A DNA stretch of 64,000 nt from an uncultured Maricaulis sp. (GCF_963976135.1 NZ_CAXBKN010000001.1:22885-86884), one strand, 5' to 3'. Counted from the stretch's first letter, positions 53,924 to 63,117 are shown. Translations and numbers: made by a program. The notes: generated by a model not told the origin, from the letters alone.

Positions 53924-56893
53924 ATGAAACTCAATCGTCGCTTTGCCGAAGCGCTTGCTGCCGCTGGTGACCGCTATGCTTTCGTGTCGCGCGCGGCCGA
54001 TGCCTATGGTGACCCTGACAGCGAGAAGGACGGCGATACCGCCCGCCCGATTACGGTGCCGCAGGACTGGAGCCCGGCGGCCATCCACGCCCTCGCCGAT
54101 CTGCTCGACCAGCCCCGCCCTGTATCGACCCGTCCGCGCCCCGGCCTGCAGGCCTTTGGCGGCCTCTCACCACAGCTGGCCGAAGGCAGCGAGCTGGCGG
54201 CCGAGACGGGTTATGATGCCGTCATCGCGCGCATTGCCGGCTCGCTGACCTGGTCGGTCGCCCGGCATGGCGGGCTCGACAGCCCGGACGAGGCCCCGGT
54301 CTTTCTCGGGGAACTCGCCGCCAGCCTGCGCGGCCGCTATGTCATTCCCGACGCGGAATTATGCCGTCATGGCGGCATTGACTGGGCCTACGGCCTGTCA
54401 GTCCCGGCGGCGGCAATCCGGCCACAAGCCACGACCATTCACGCCGGCAGCGCCGCCGCCCCGGCGCAATTGCGGGGCGTCGCAGAAAGCGCATTGCGCG
54501 GCGGTATGCTCGATGTCGGTGCCCGCGTCACGCGCGACCGGCTGGATGCGATTGCCCAGGCCTGTCACCGCTGCTCCGGTGAGGCCAATGAACGCTTTGA
54601 CCCGCGCCGCAATGCCGCCCTCGCCCGCGCCATGCGGGCCGCCTTGCGTGATGGCGTGGCGGAGGAGGCGGTTGAGCGCGCCCTCGCCCTGGCCCGCCAA
54701 GGCGTCGCTGAAGATGCGCTGACGGATCTGCAGCCGCAGAGCCAGAACCAGCCGGTCACCATACTGCAAATCCCGAACGCGCTGGGCCGCGCCATCGAGG
54801 CCGACGAGACCTGGCAGTTCGGCGGCGATGATGATCCCGGGCGCACCAGTATTCGCGCCCGCGAGCTACGCGACAATATCGCCCGCACGGTGTGGAGTTT
54901 CGGTGCTCCCTCGCTCGCTTTCCAGGCCGGCCCGGCCGCCAGCGGCCCGGCCCTGCATATCAATCTTCCCGCCTTCCTTGAGCCACAGACGGGTTTCCGC
55001 GCCGACCTGCTGGCCGATGCGATGCGGCTCTGGTCCCATGCTCTGACCCTGAGCACCGCCCGGACAGCCGAGACCGCCGGAACGCTTAATCTGACGGGCC
55101 TTGGCGCACTGTTGAGCGCCGGCGGCATGGCCTATGGCAGTCGCGAAGCGCGCGCGGTCGCGGCTGCGATCGGACGGCTGGCCAGCCTGTGCCTGCGCGA
55201 AACCGGCGGCGAGCTTGGTGCCCAGGCCCCCGGCCTCGGCCCCGATCCGGAAACGGGTGAGCTGCCCGGCCCCTTTGCCACACTGACCGCCGAGCTGGAA
55301 CGGGCCTCCTCCCGCTTTGCTCCGCGTTCCGCCCTTGCCCGTCCCGGCCTGACCCTGACCAGCAGCCGGCCCGACCCGGCGATTGCCGGCCTGTTCGACA
55401 ATGACAGCCAGGGTGCGGCCGCGGTCGAAGGCGCGATCATCGCCGATGGCGGCATTTCCGGCGGCCACCGCTTGCGCGATTGTGTACGCGCCGGCCTGCG
55501 CCAGCTCGGCGCCAGTCCGACAGAAATCGAAATCGCCGAGGACCATGCTGCCGGGCACGGCACATTGCGCGGTGCGCCCGGCATATCCGTCGCGGCGCTG
55601 CAACGTGCTGGCTTGCCCGACGCCGCGATTGAACGGGTGGAGGATATAATCGGTGACGGCGCCTCCGTGCGCCATGCGCTCAATCGCTGGACGCTCGGCG
55701 AAGGGGTCTGCCGCGAACAGCTGGGGCTGTCGAGCGCTGTGCTGGAGGCCGAAGGGCGCTCGCTGGCGCGCACGCTCGGCTTTGGCGAGGCCGAGATCGC
55801 TGCGGCCGACCGCCATGCTCATGGCAGCGGCACGCTGGAGGATGCGATTGATCTGCCGCTGGACTGGCGCGCCGTCTTCGCACCGGTCACGCCGCAGGAT
55901 CAGCTGGCCATGAGCGCGGCGCTCGAGAGCCAGATCAACGGGAGTGTCGAGACCCAATTGGCGCTTGATGGCGAGCACACGATTGATGATGTCGCCGCGA
56001 TTCTGGACCGGGCCTCGGCGCTCGGCCTGCGCCAATTGGAAATTCGCCGGACCCGTTCGGGTCTGCTCGACCTCTTGCCGGCGATCGATTTCGACAAGGG
56101 TGATTACACGACCGAGCCGGTCAAGGAACGCCTCATCGAGCGCACGGTCGAGCGCACTGTGGAACGCGTGGTCGAACAACCGGCGGCACGGCGCAAACTG
56201 CCCGACCGGCGCAAGGGCTATATCCAGAAAGCCACCGTCGGCGGCCACAAGGTCTATCTCCACACCGGCGAATTCGATGATGGCGAGGTCGGCGAGATCT
56301 TCATCGACATGCACAAGGAAGGCGCCGCCTTCCGCTCGCTGATGAATAATTTCGCCATCGCCATCTCGATCGGACTGCAATACGGCGTCCCGCTCGAGGA
56401 ATTCGTCGACGCCTTCGTCTTCACCCGCTTCGAGCCGGCCGGCGCTGTGACTGGCAATGATTCCATCCAGCACGCGACTTCGATCCTGGACTATCTCTTC
56501 CGCGAGCTGGGCGTGTCCTATCTCGGACGTGAGGATCTGGCCGAACTCGCGCCGGATACCGCTGATCATGGCGGTATCGGCAAGGGCGTCGCGGAGGAAA
56601 AACTCTCGCAGACCGATGCCGCCCGATTTATTTCCAAAGGCTTCAGCCGCGGCCAGGTGCCCGACAATATCGTGATGTTCGCCAATGCCGCGCGCAAGCT
56701 TGCCAGCGGTCAGGCCGGGGGACCGGATATGGGCGAGATCGAGATGCATCATGCCGAGCCCGCATCGCGGGGCTCGAAGCGTCAGGATGTCAGCCTGTAT
56801 TCCGGCGATCCCTGTCCGGAATGCGGTCATTTCACCGTCGTGCACAGCGAAAATGCGCATCGTTGCGATGCCTGCAACTGGACCTCGGGCTGA
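53924..56893 (+). CDS. Class II (B12-type) ribonucleotide reductase homolog lacking catalytic motifs, with conserved C-terminal TSCPD-type domain and Zn ribbon
   Basis: NrdJ-like remnants (VPQDWS, DWAYG, ACHRC..FDP..N.AL, ARELRDNI..W); RRKLPDRRKGYIQKATVGGHKVYLHTGEFDDGEVGEIFIDMHKEGAAFRSLMNNFAIAIS; CPEC..CDAC. No NPCxE anywhere in the protein. Confidence 0.85.
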   Translation: MKLNRRFAEALAAAGDRYAFVSRAADAYGDPDSEKDGDTARPITVPQDWSPAAIHALADLLDQPRPVSTRPRPGLQAFGGLSPQLAEGSELAAETGYDAVIARIAGSLTWSVARHGGLDSPDEAPVFLGELAASLRGRYVIPDAELCRHGGIDWAYGLSVPAAAIRPQATTIHAGSAAAPAQLRGVAESALRGGMLDVGARVTRDRLDAIAQACHRCSGEANERFDPRRNAALARAMRAALRDGVAEEAVERALALARQGVAEDALTDLQPQSQNQPVTILQIPNALGRAIEADETWQFGGDDDPGRTSIRARELRDNIARTVWSFGAPSLAFQAGPAASGPALHINLPAFLEPQTGFRADLLADAMRLWSHALTLSTARTAETAGTLNLTGLGALLSAGGMAYGSREARAVAAAIGRLASLCLRETGGELGAQAPGLGPDPETGELPGPFATLTAELERASSRFAPRSALARPGLTLTSSRPDPAIAGLFDNDSQGAAAVEGAIIADGGISGGHRLRDCVRAGLRQLGASPTEIEIAEDHAAGHGTLRGAPGISVAALQRAGLPDAAIERVEDIIGDGASVRHALNRWTLGEGVCREQLGLSSAVLEAEGRSLARTLGFGEAEIAAADRHAHGSGTLEDAIDLPLDWRAVFAPVTPQDQLAMSAALESQINGSVETQLALDGEHTIDDVAAILDRASALGLRQLEIRRTRSGLLDLLPAIDFDKGDYTTEPVKERLIERTVERTVERVVEQPAARRKLPDRRKGYIQKATVGGHKVYLHTGEFDDGEVGEIFIDMHKEGAAFRSLMNNFAIAISIGLQYGVPLEEFVDAFVFTRFEPAGAVTGNDSIQHATSILDYLFRELGVSYLGREDLAELAPDTADHGGIGKGVAEEKLSQTDAARFISKGFSRGQVPDNIVMFANAARKLASGQAGGPDMGEIEMHHAEPASRGSKRQDVSLYSGDPCPECGHFTVVHSENAHRCDACNWTSG

Positions 56894-56956
56894 TCAGCCG
56901 TCCGGCCCGGCGCGCAGCTTGCATCGGCCCCTGTATCTGGCTCGGAGCGCCTCATT

Positions 56957-57445
56957 ATGAAACGAATTTTGGCTGCCATCGCGATCTTATTGTCGGCATC
57001 CGCAGGTGCCCACGCCCAGGACGCGGCCCAGATTGCTCGCGTTCAGGCGGGCCAGTCCTGCCCGGGCTGCAACCTATTCCAGGCCGAACTCGGCTATCTT
57101 GACCTGCCGGGTATTGACGTTTCCGGCTCGCGATTGCGCCAGGCCAATCTCGCCCTTTCGACGATGAACCGTGCCAATTTCGACAATGCGAACCTGTCGC
57201 TCGCCAATATGTTCGGCGGCCGTTTCACCAGCGCCAGCTTCCGCAATGCGGATCTCACCGGCGCAGTCCTGGTCGGCGCCTATTTCGGCAGCGCCAATCT
57301 GAGCGGCGCCCAATTGAGCGGCGTCAACATCTCCGGTGCCGAAATGACCACCGCGATCGGCCTGACCCAGAGCCAGCTCAACGGCGCCTGCGGAGACCCG
57401 TCGACCCTGCTCCCGGCCGGATTGCATGTGCGCCCCTGCCGCTAG
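56957..57445 (+). CDS. Exported pentapeptide-repeat protein
   Basis: Signal peptide (AxA), CPGC, A(D/N)LxxA repeats, ACGD...PCR C-terminal cap. Confidence 0.92.
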   Translation: MKRILAAIAILLSASAGAHAQDAAQIARVQAGQSCPGCNLFQAELGYLDLPGIDVSGSRLRQANLALSTMNRANFDNANLSLANMFGGRFTSASFRNADLTGAVLVGAYFGSANLSGAQLSGVNISGAEMTTAIGLTQSQLNGACGDPSTLLPAGLHVRPCR

Positions 57446-57533
57446 ACCATGACCGGCGCGTTGGCCGGTGATGACAGTGGGATTACTGTGATTTAAGTCG
57501 TCACCAGCTGGATCGTGCTTTATCTCTGAACCC

Positions 57534-58772
57534 ATGCGGAACCCCGCCACCATATTGGCTCTCGCCCTGTTGAGCCTCCTGATCGGCACCCAGCCAGGAT
57601 GGGCCGTGGGCGATGACCATCCACGACGCGGACTGGCCATCGGCGGCGAGTGCGAATCCTGTGACTTTTCGGACAAGAATCTCGCGGGAGCGATCTTCAT
57701 CGGCGCCAATTTCGAAGGCTCGACCTTCGCGAATTCGGAGCTGGGCGGCACGACCATTGTCGAGAGCCGCTTTACCGATACCGAATTCACCCACACCATC
57801 TTGACCCATTCCCGGTTAAGTGGCGTCACCTTCCTGCGCGCCGATATGAGTGATGCCGACTTTACCGGTAGCCATATCGAACGCGTCAACTTCTCCGCCG
57901 CCTCGCTGGAAGATACGAATTTCACCGATACGCAAATGGCCTTTGCGACCTTTATCGGCAGCTCGCTGGAAGATGCGGTGTTTGCCAATGCGGTCCTCAA
58001 CCAGGCCAATTTCTTCCGCTCCCAGATCGGCGACGCAAACTTTCGCGGCGCTTCCCTGCGCGGCGCCAACTTCACGGAAACCACCGGCAGTGACACAAGC
58101 TTTCTTGATGCCGACCTGCGCGGGTCGAGTTTCGAGGATGCGGTGCTCGACAACGTCAACTTCACCGGCGCCAATTTGCGTGGCGTCAATTTCACGGCGG
58201 CCGTAATCACCAATGTAACGGGCCTGTCCAAAGAGGCCATGCGCGGCGCCTGCGGCGACGAGGCGACCCGGCTCGATGGCGGTTACGAACTGCCAACCTG
58301 CAACCCGAGCCGCAGCGTCACGGTCGGTGGCGGCGATAATGTCCGCTTTGGCTGGCGCGTCAGCCGTGGCGGCGATCATGGCTCCACAATCCGCCTGGAA
58401 GCCGAGGATGGCCGGATTGTCGAACTCCTGTCAGGCAATGGCGCGGTGCCGAATGTTCGTGGCGAGACCTTCGACGAGGAGACGCTGCGCGGCGTCTCGG
58501 CGGCGGCCTTGCGCGATATTGCCCGCGCTGAGCGTGAAATCCAGCGCGCCCGGATAGAGCAGAGCGAAGCGATCGCCCACACCGAGCGCGAACGCAGCCG
58601 CGCCCTGGCGCTGGCCGAAGCCCGTGCGGAAGCCCATGTCCAGGAAATGGAACGACGTGTGGAAGAATCCCGCCGCCGGGATAGAATGATGATCGAGCTT
58701 CAAGGCGATGGCGAGCACCAGATCTGGCTGAGCCCCAATCCTCACCGTCCACCTCCGCCGCCGGACCATTAA
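57534..58772 (+). CDS. Exported pentapeptide-repeat protein with C-terminal charged helix and polyproline tail
   Basis: Signal peptide, CESC, long run of pentapeptides, ACGD..PTC, E/R/A-rich helix, HRPPPPPDH end. Confidence 0.9.
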   Translation: MRNPATILALALLSLLIGTQPGWAVGDDHPRRGLAIGGECESCDFSDKNLAGAIFIGANFEGSTFANSELGGTTIVESRFTDTEFTHTILTHSRLSGVTFLRADMSDADFTGSHIERVNFSAASLEDTNFTDTQMAFATFIGSSLEDAVFANAVLNQANFFRSQIGDANFRGASLRGANFTETTGSDTSFLDADLRGSSFEDAVLDNVNFTGANLRGVNFTAAVITNVTGLSKEAMRGACGDEATRLDGGYELPTCNPSRSVTVGGGDNVRFGWRVSRGGDHGSTIRLEAEDGRIVELLSGNGAVPNVRGETFDEETLRGVSAAALRDIARAEREIQRARIEQSEAIAHTERERSRALALAEARAEAHVQEMERRVEESRRRDRMMIELQGDGEHQIWLSPNPHRPPPPPDH

Positions 58773-58796
58773 CGCCGGGCGGCGCGCCTGCCCCAT

Positions 58797-58830
58797 AGAA
58801 ACGGCCGGAGTTTGCGCTCCGGCCGTTTCT
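58797..58830. terminator. Bidirectional intrinsic terminator
   Basis: AGAAACGGCCGGAG-TTTGCG-CTCCGGCCGTTTCT 14-bp perfect stem between convergent genes. Confidence 0.88.
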
Positions 58831-58853
58831 CATCCTGGTGCGGGCAAGCCGGC

Positions 58854-60671
58854 CTAACTGGTCTTCTTGGCTTCCGGAATCACATTGCGAATATGCAGTT
58901 CGCGCAATTGCTTCATCTCGACCTCGGCCGGCGCATTCATCATCAGATCGCGCGCCTGCTGGTCTTTCGGGAACATCACGATTTCGCGCAGATTATCGAC
59001 ACCGGCGAGGATCATCACAATGCGGTCGACGCCCGGAGCGATACCGGCGTGCGGCGGCGCGCCATAGCGGAAGGCATTGAGCATGCCGCCGAATTCCTCT
59101 TCCACGGTCGCGGCATCATAACCGGCATGGGCGAAGGCTTTCAGCATCACATCGGGACGGTGGTTGCGCACCGCGCCGGAGGACAGCTCGATACCATTGC
59201 AGACAATGTCATACTGGAAGGCCTTGAGACCGAGCAGGGTCTCATCATCGCCCGCCTCGATCGCCAGAAATTCCTCGGCCGAGATTTGCGGCATCGAGAA
59301 CGGGTTGTGCGAGAAGTCGATCTTCTTGTTGTCTTCATCCCACTCATACATCGGGAAATCGACGATCCAGCAGAATTTGAAGACATTCTTCTCGCAAAGA
59401 TCGAGTTCCTTGCCGACGACATCGCGGGCGCGTCCGGCAAAGCTGGCAAAGGCTTTCGGCTCGCCAGCGGCGAAGAAGACGGCATCGCCGGCCTTGAGGT
59501 CGAGTGAAACCCGCAGGGCTTCGGTGCGTTCCTCACCGATATTCTTGGCGACCGGGCCAGCGGCCTCGAGCACGCCATCGGTCTCGCGCCAGAAGATATA
59601 GCCCATGCCGGGCTGACCATCCTTCTGGGCCCAGGAATTCATCCGGTCACAGAAGGCGCGGCTGCCGCCGGTCGGCGCCGGGATCGCCCAGACGGCGATT
59701 TTCGGATTCTTCTCGATCATGCCGGCGAAGACCTTGAAACCGGAACCGCGGAAGGTCTCGGTGACATCGCTCATCTTGATCGGATTGCGCAGGTCCGGCT
59801 TGTCGGAACCGTACCAGGCCATGGAATCGGCATAGGTGACGCGCTCGAAGGCGGTATTGGGCACGGTGCGACCATCGGCAAATTCGTCGAACAGGCCTTT
59901 CAGCACCGGCTCGATGACATTGAACACGTCTTCCTGGGTCGCGAAGCTCATTTCCATGTCGAGCTGGTAGAATTCGCCAGGTGCGCGGTCGGCGCGGGCG
60001 TCTTCATCGCGGAAACAGGGTGCGATCTGGAAATAGCGATCGAAGCCGGAGACCATGATCAGCTGCTTGAACTGCTGCGGTGCCTGCGGCAGGGCGTAGA
60101 ATTTGCCCGGGTGCAGACGCGAGGGCACGAGGAAATCGCGCGCGCCTTCCGGCGAGGAGGCGGTCAGGATCGGCGTCTGGTATTCGACGAAATCCTCATC
60201 GACCATGCGGCGGCGGATCGAGTCGATGATCTTCGAGCGCAGCACGATGCGCTTGTGCAGGCTTTCACGGCGCAGATCGATATAGCGGTGCTTGAGGCGA
60301 ACCTCTTCCGACCAGTCCGGCTCACCGAAGACGGGCAGCGGCAGCTCCTCCGCTTCCGACTGCACGGCGAGATCGCGCACCCGCACTTCAATCCCGCCGG
60401 TCGGCAGGTTTTCATTGAGCGCCTCGGCATCGCGGGCGACGACATCGCCGGTAATGGTGACGACGCTTTCAACGCGCAAGCGCTCAAGCCGTTCGAAATG
60501 CTCGCTTTCCGGCTCGAGCACGCACTGGGTGATGCCGTAATGATCGCGCAGATCGATAAAGAGCAGGCCGCCATGATCGCGCTTGCGATGGATCCAGCCG
60601 GAAATCCGGGCCGTCTGACCGACTTCACTCGGGCGAAGCTGGCCACAGGTATGGGAGCGATAAGCGTGCAT
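58854..60671 (-). CDS. aspS: Aspartate--tRNA ligase, probably non-discriminating Asp/Asn type
   Basis: [29 protein letters not shown] (His typical of the ND type), [31 protein letters not shown]. Confidence 0.97.
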   Translation of the reverse strand: MHAYRSHTCGQLRPSEVGQTARISGWIHRKRDHGGLLFIDLRDHYGITQCVLEPESEHFERLERLRVESVVTITGDVVARDAEALNENLPTGGIEVRVRDLAVQSEAEELPLPVFGEPDWSEEVRLKHRYIDLRRESLHKRIVLRSKIIDSIRRRMVDEDFVEYQTPILTASSPEGARDFLVPSRLHPGKFYALPQAPQQFKQLIMVSGFDRYFQIAPCFRDEDARADRAPGEFYQLDMEMSFATQEDVFNVIEPVLKGLFDEFADGRTVPNTAFERVTYADSMAWYGSDKPDLRNPIKMSDVTETFRGSGFKVFAGMIEKNPKIAVWAIPAPTGGSRAFCDRMNSWAQKDGQPGMGYIFWRETDGVLEAAGPVAKNIGEERTEALRVSLDLKAGDAVFFAAGEPKAFASFAGRARDVVGKELDLCEKNVFKFCWIVDFPMYEWDEDNKKIDFSHNPFSMPQISAEEFLAIEAGDDETLLGLKAFQYDIVCNGIELSSGAVRNHRPDVMLKAFAHAGYDAATVEEEFGGMLNAFRYGAPPHAGIAPGVDRIVMILAGVDNLREIVMFPKDQQARDLMMNAPAEVEMKQLRELHIRNVIPEAKKTS

Positions 60672-60735
60672 GGTTTTCAAGGTCCGCAATGAGCGTGAAT
60701 GGAGTTGCCGCGACATGCCTGTGGCGGGGCCTCAA

Positions 60736-60741
60736 TGTCAA
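60736..60741 (-). promoter_or_regulatory. Probable -35 element (TTGACA) of the aspS promoter
   Basis: Perfect TTGACA 65 bp upstream of the aspS ATG; the -10 element is weak. Confidence 0.4.
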
Positions 60742-60787
60742 GGATTTGGGGGGAAATGGTGCAGTTGTGACACGCCGCGCATACCCA

Positions 60788-60916
60788 AATCTCCACGCGG
60801 CTGACCGCTGGAGGTTTGAGTGGATCACCTCGCAATGGGAGGTGTGTGGGACGCCGGCGAATGCCGGAGTTGTCGTAAGTTCAGTGGGACATCCATGACG
60901 TCCCACACGTGGAGAT
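60788..60916. ncRNA. Candidate structured RNA or palindromic element (unassigned)
   Basis: Nested inverted repeats and several hairpins between a terminator and the aspS promoter; not recognised as a known family. Confidence 0.35.
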
Positions 60917-60944
60917 GTGGTCGCGCCCCCTTCCCCCAAAACAA

Positions 60945-60973
60945 AAGGCGGCGCCGGGTTCCGGCGCCGCCTT
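60945..60973 (-). terminator. Intrinsic terminator after the His-rich gene
   Basis: AAGGCGGCGCCGG-GTT-CCGGCGCCGCCTT perfect stem; TTTTGTTTT tail on the minus strand. Confidence 0.88.
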
Positions 60974-60994
60974 CGTCATTCAGCTCGGCAAACG

Positions 60995-61369
60995 CTATTC
61001 CTGCGGCTGGTCAACCTCGTGCATATTGTGCTCGCCATGCGGCATATCATCGGCGGCTGAAGCCTCGTCAGCATGGTGTTCGGCATGGGATTCCGGTGCT
61101 GCCCCGGGATGGCGAGCAGCGTGGATCATGTCGTGGCAAGCATCGAACTTGACGCGGGTTTCGTCGTCCATGGCCGCCAGAACGGCGTCGTGAGCGGCCT
61201 GGTCGCCTTCGGCAACATCCGCCATCATTCCATCATACAACGCCAGACACTCTTCCTGTGTCGGTGCTGCGGCAGCCTCGCCGGCCATGTGGTGGTCGAT
61301 GGCAAATGCCGAGGTGCCAATCAGGCTCAGGCTCGACGCTGCCATCATGGCCAAAACGAACTTATTCAT
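60995..61369 (-). CDS. Exported His/Met-rich acidic protein
   Basis: AGGAGA SD, MNKFVLAMMAASSLSLIGTSAFA signal, mature part with 12 His, 7 Met and 2 Cys; own terminator. Confidence 0.85.
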   Translation of the reverse strand: MNKFVLAMMAASSLSLIGTSAFAIDHHMAGEAAAAPTQEECLALYDGMMADVAEGDQAAHDAVLAAMDDETRVKFDACHDMIHAARHPGAAPESHAEHHADEASAADDMPHGEHNMHEVDQPQE

Positions 61370-61542
61370 GGGGGTCTCTCTCCTGGATGACCGATGGGGC
61401 TCGCGCCCCGGATAACCGCCCCGGCCAGTTGCAACGCGGTGTCCGCGCCGACGGTCAGGGCGAGTCACCATGCGCCCGCTCCCGGCCCGGTGACAAGGTC
61501 GATCCGCATACCCACACGAGGCATCACGGCGAAATCGGTGAT

Positions 61543-61607
61543 GTAAGTAACTATTCACTTGCAGTTACGGTCACGCTATGACAAACAGCTTGTGAATGAA
61601 CACTTAC
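61543..61607. promoter_or_regulatory. Pair of inverted 16-bp sites, candidate TetR operators
   Basis: GTAAGT-AACT-ATTCAC (61543-61558) and GTGAAT-GAAC-ACTTAC (61592-61607) are mutual reverse complements outside the 4-bp spacer. Confidence 0.6.
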
Positions 61608-61631
61608 TTCCATGCCAGGCGAGGCCCAGCC

Positions 61632-62258
61632 ATGACCGGAAAACTTCGAGAAGACCTGTTTGAAGGCACCGACCCGAATGTCGGCGTCACGGCGGCGCGC
61701 GGCACGACCAAGGCGCGGATCGAGCGGGCAGCGCTGAAACTCTTCGCCTGCCAGGGCATGGACGGGGTCTCCATCAAGCAGATCGCCCAGGCCTGTGAAA
61801 TCTCGGATGGCGCCATGTATCGCCATTTCAAGAGCAAGGATGCGCTCGCCCGTCTGATGTTCGAGGCGATCCATGCGCGCCTGCTGCAACTGGTCGACGC
61901 CAATATCCGGCCCGATGCCAGCCTGGAAGAAACCGTGCATGCCGTCGTCACCGCCTATTGCGAACTGGCCGAGAACGATCCGGCGCAATTCACTTATCAT
62001 CTCACGCATCGCAACTACTTCCTCGCCGCCTCCGGCGATGGCGGTGCCAATCCGTCAGATGTGATGAGCGCGCGCGTAACCGCCGCGATGGCCAGCGGGG
62101 AAATCCCGGCCCGCGATCCGGAACTGGCCGCCGCAATGGCGCTCGGTCTGGTGATGCAGCCGGCCGAATACCGGATTTTCGGCCGCATCGCACAGCCCAT
62201 GACCGAACTCATCCCGGTTTTCACAACCGCCATCATGGCCGTGCTGCGCGCCGCCTGA
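61632..62258 (+). CDS. TetR/AcrR family transcriptional regulator
   Basis: IERAALKLFACQGMDGVSIKQIAQACEISDGAMYRHFKSKDAL HTH. Start 61632 or 61596. Confidence 0.93.
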   Translation: MTGKLREDLFEGTDPNVGVTAARGTTKARIERAALKLFACQGMDGVSIKQIAQACEISDGAMYRHFKSKDALARLMFEAIHARLLQLVDANIRPDASLEETVHAVVTAYCELAENDPAQFTYHLTHRNYFLAASGDGGANPSDVMSARVTAAMASGEIPARDPELAAAMALGLVMQPAEYRIFGRIAQPMTELIPVFTTAIMAVLRAA

Positions 62259-62303
62259 GCGCCCTGCCGCCGCCCCTTTTTGCCCCAGCTTTCGGAGATC
62301 ATC

Positions 62304-63077
62304 ATGCGTTCTCTCCTCTTCAACCTCGCCTATTATTTGATCACCGCCATTTATGCCTTGGTTTGCGCCATCCTCGCACTCTTGCCGGATCGGCGGATCC
62401 TGATGCACGGGATCCGCTCCTATGCCCGGCTGACCGTGCTGCTGATGCGCTGGATATGCGGGATCCGGGTCGAGGTGCGAGGCACGCCGCCGAAGAACCA
62501 GGCGGTCATCCTGGCCGCCAAACACCAGTCCTGGGGCGATGGGCTGGTAATGATGGCCAAGTGCGGCAACGTCAATTTCATCTGCGGCGACCATATGCTG
62601 AACTATCCGCTGATCGGGTGGGTGCTGAATCGCTGCGGCGCGATCATTGTCTCCAACAAGGGCGGTGCCGCAGCGGCAGCCAGCTTGCGCGCCGGCGTGC
62701 AACGCTCCCACGGTGAAGGCCGGCCGCGCCCGATCCTGATTTATCCGGAAGGCCATCTGACCCCGGTCGGATCCGGTCTGCGCTATCGTTCCGGCGCCTG
62801 GCAGCTCTCCTCCCAGCTAGACCGGCCCGTCGTGCCCGTGGCAACCAATCTGGGCCAGTGCTGGCCGCAGCAGAAATGGACCAAATTCGCCGGCACGGCC
62901 GTGATTGAATTCCTTGATCCCATGGCACCCAGCTCTGATCGGGACACATTTCTCGCCGAACTGGAACGCCGCGTCGAAACCCGTTCCCGGCGCCTCGAGG
63001 CGGAGAATTCGGTGGCAGCGACAGAATCGGTCTTTGATCCCGAAAATGCAGGTCAAACCGACCCGGCCATGCATTAA
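62304..63077 (+). CDS. PlsC-like (lysophospholipid) acyltransferase, paralog 1
   Basis: N-terminal TM, AAKHQSWGD (HX4D), IYPEG, VVPVATNLG; GGAG SD. Confidence 0.88.
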   Translation: MRSLLFNLAYYLITAIYALVCAILALLPDRRILMHGIRSYARLTVLLMRWICGIRVEVRGTPPKNQAVILAAKHQSWGDGLVMMAKCGNVNFICGDHMLNYPLIGWVLNRCGAIIVSNKGGAAAAASLRAGVQRSHGEGRPRPILIYPEGHLTPVGSGLRYRSGAWQLSSQLDRPVVPVATNLGQCWPQQKWTKFAGTAVIEFLDPMAPSSDRDTFLAELERRVETRSRRLEAENSVAATESVFDPENAGQTDPAMH

Positions 63078-63117
63078 CACCTGGTCTGAATGAGCAACCA
63101 ATAGCGGGAGTCGAGCG

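Noticed and set aside
53924-56893. Calling the nrdJ homolog a pseudogene
   Set aside because: The reading frame is intact for 989 codons with an SD and a conserved C-terminus; no stops or frameshifts.
57467-57505. Hairpin between the two pentapeptide genes
   Set aside because: A 9-bp stem without a U tail; could be a processing or stability element, but the evidence is too thin.
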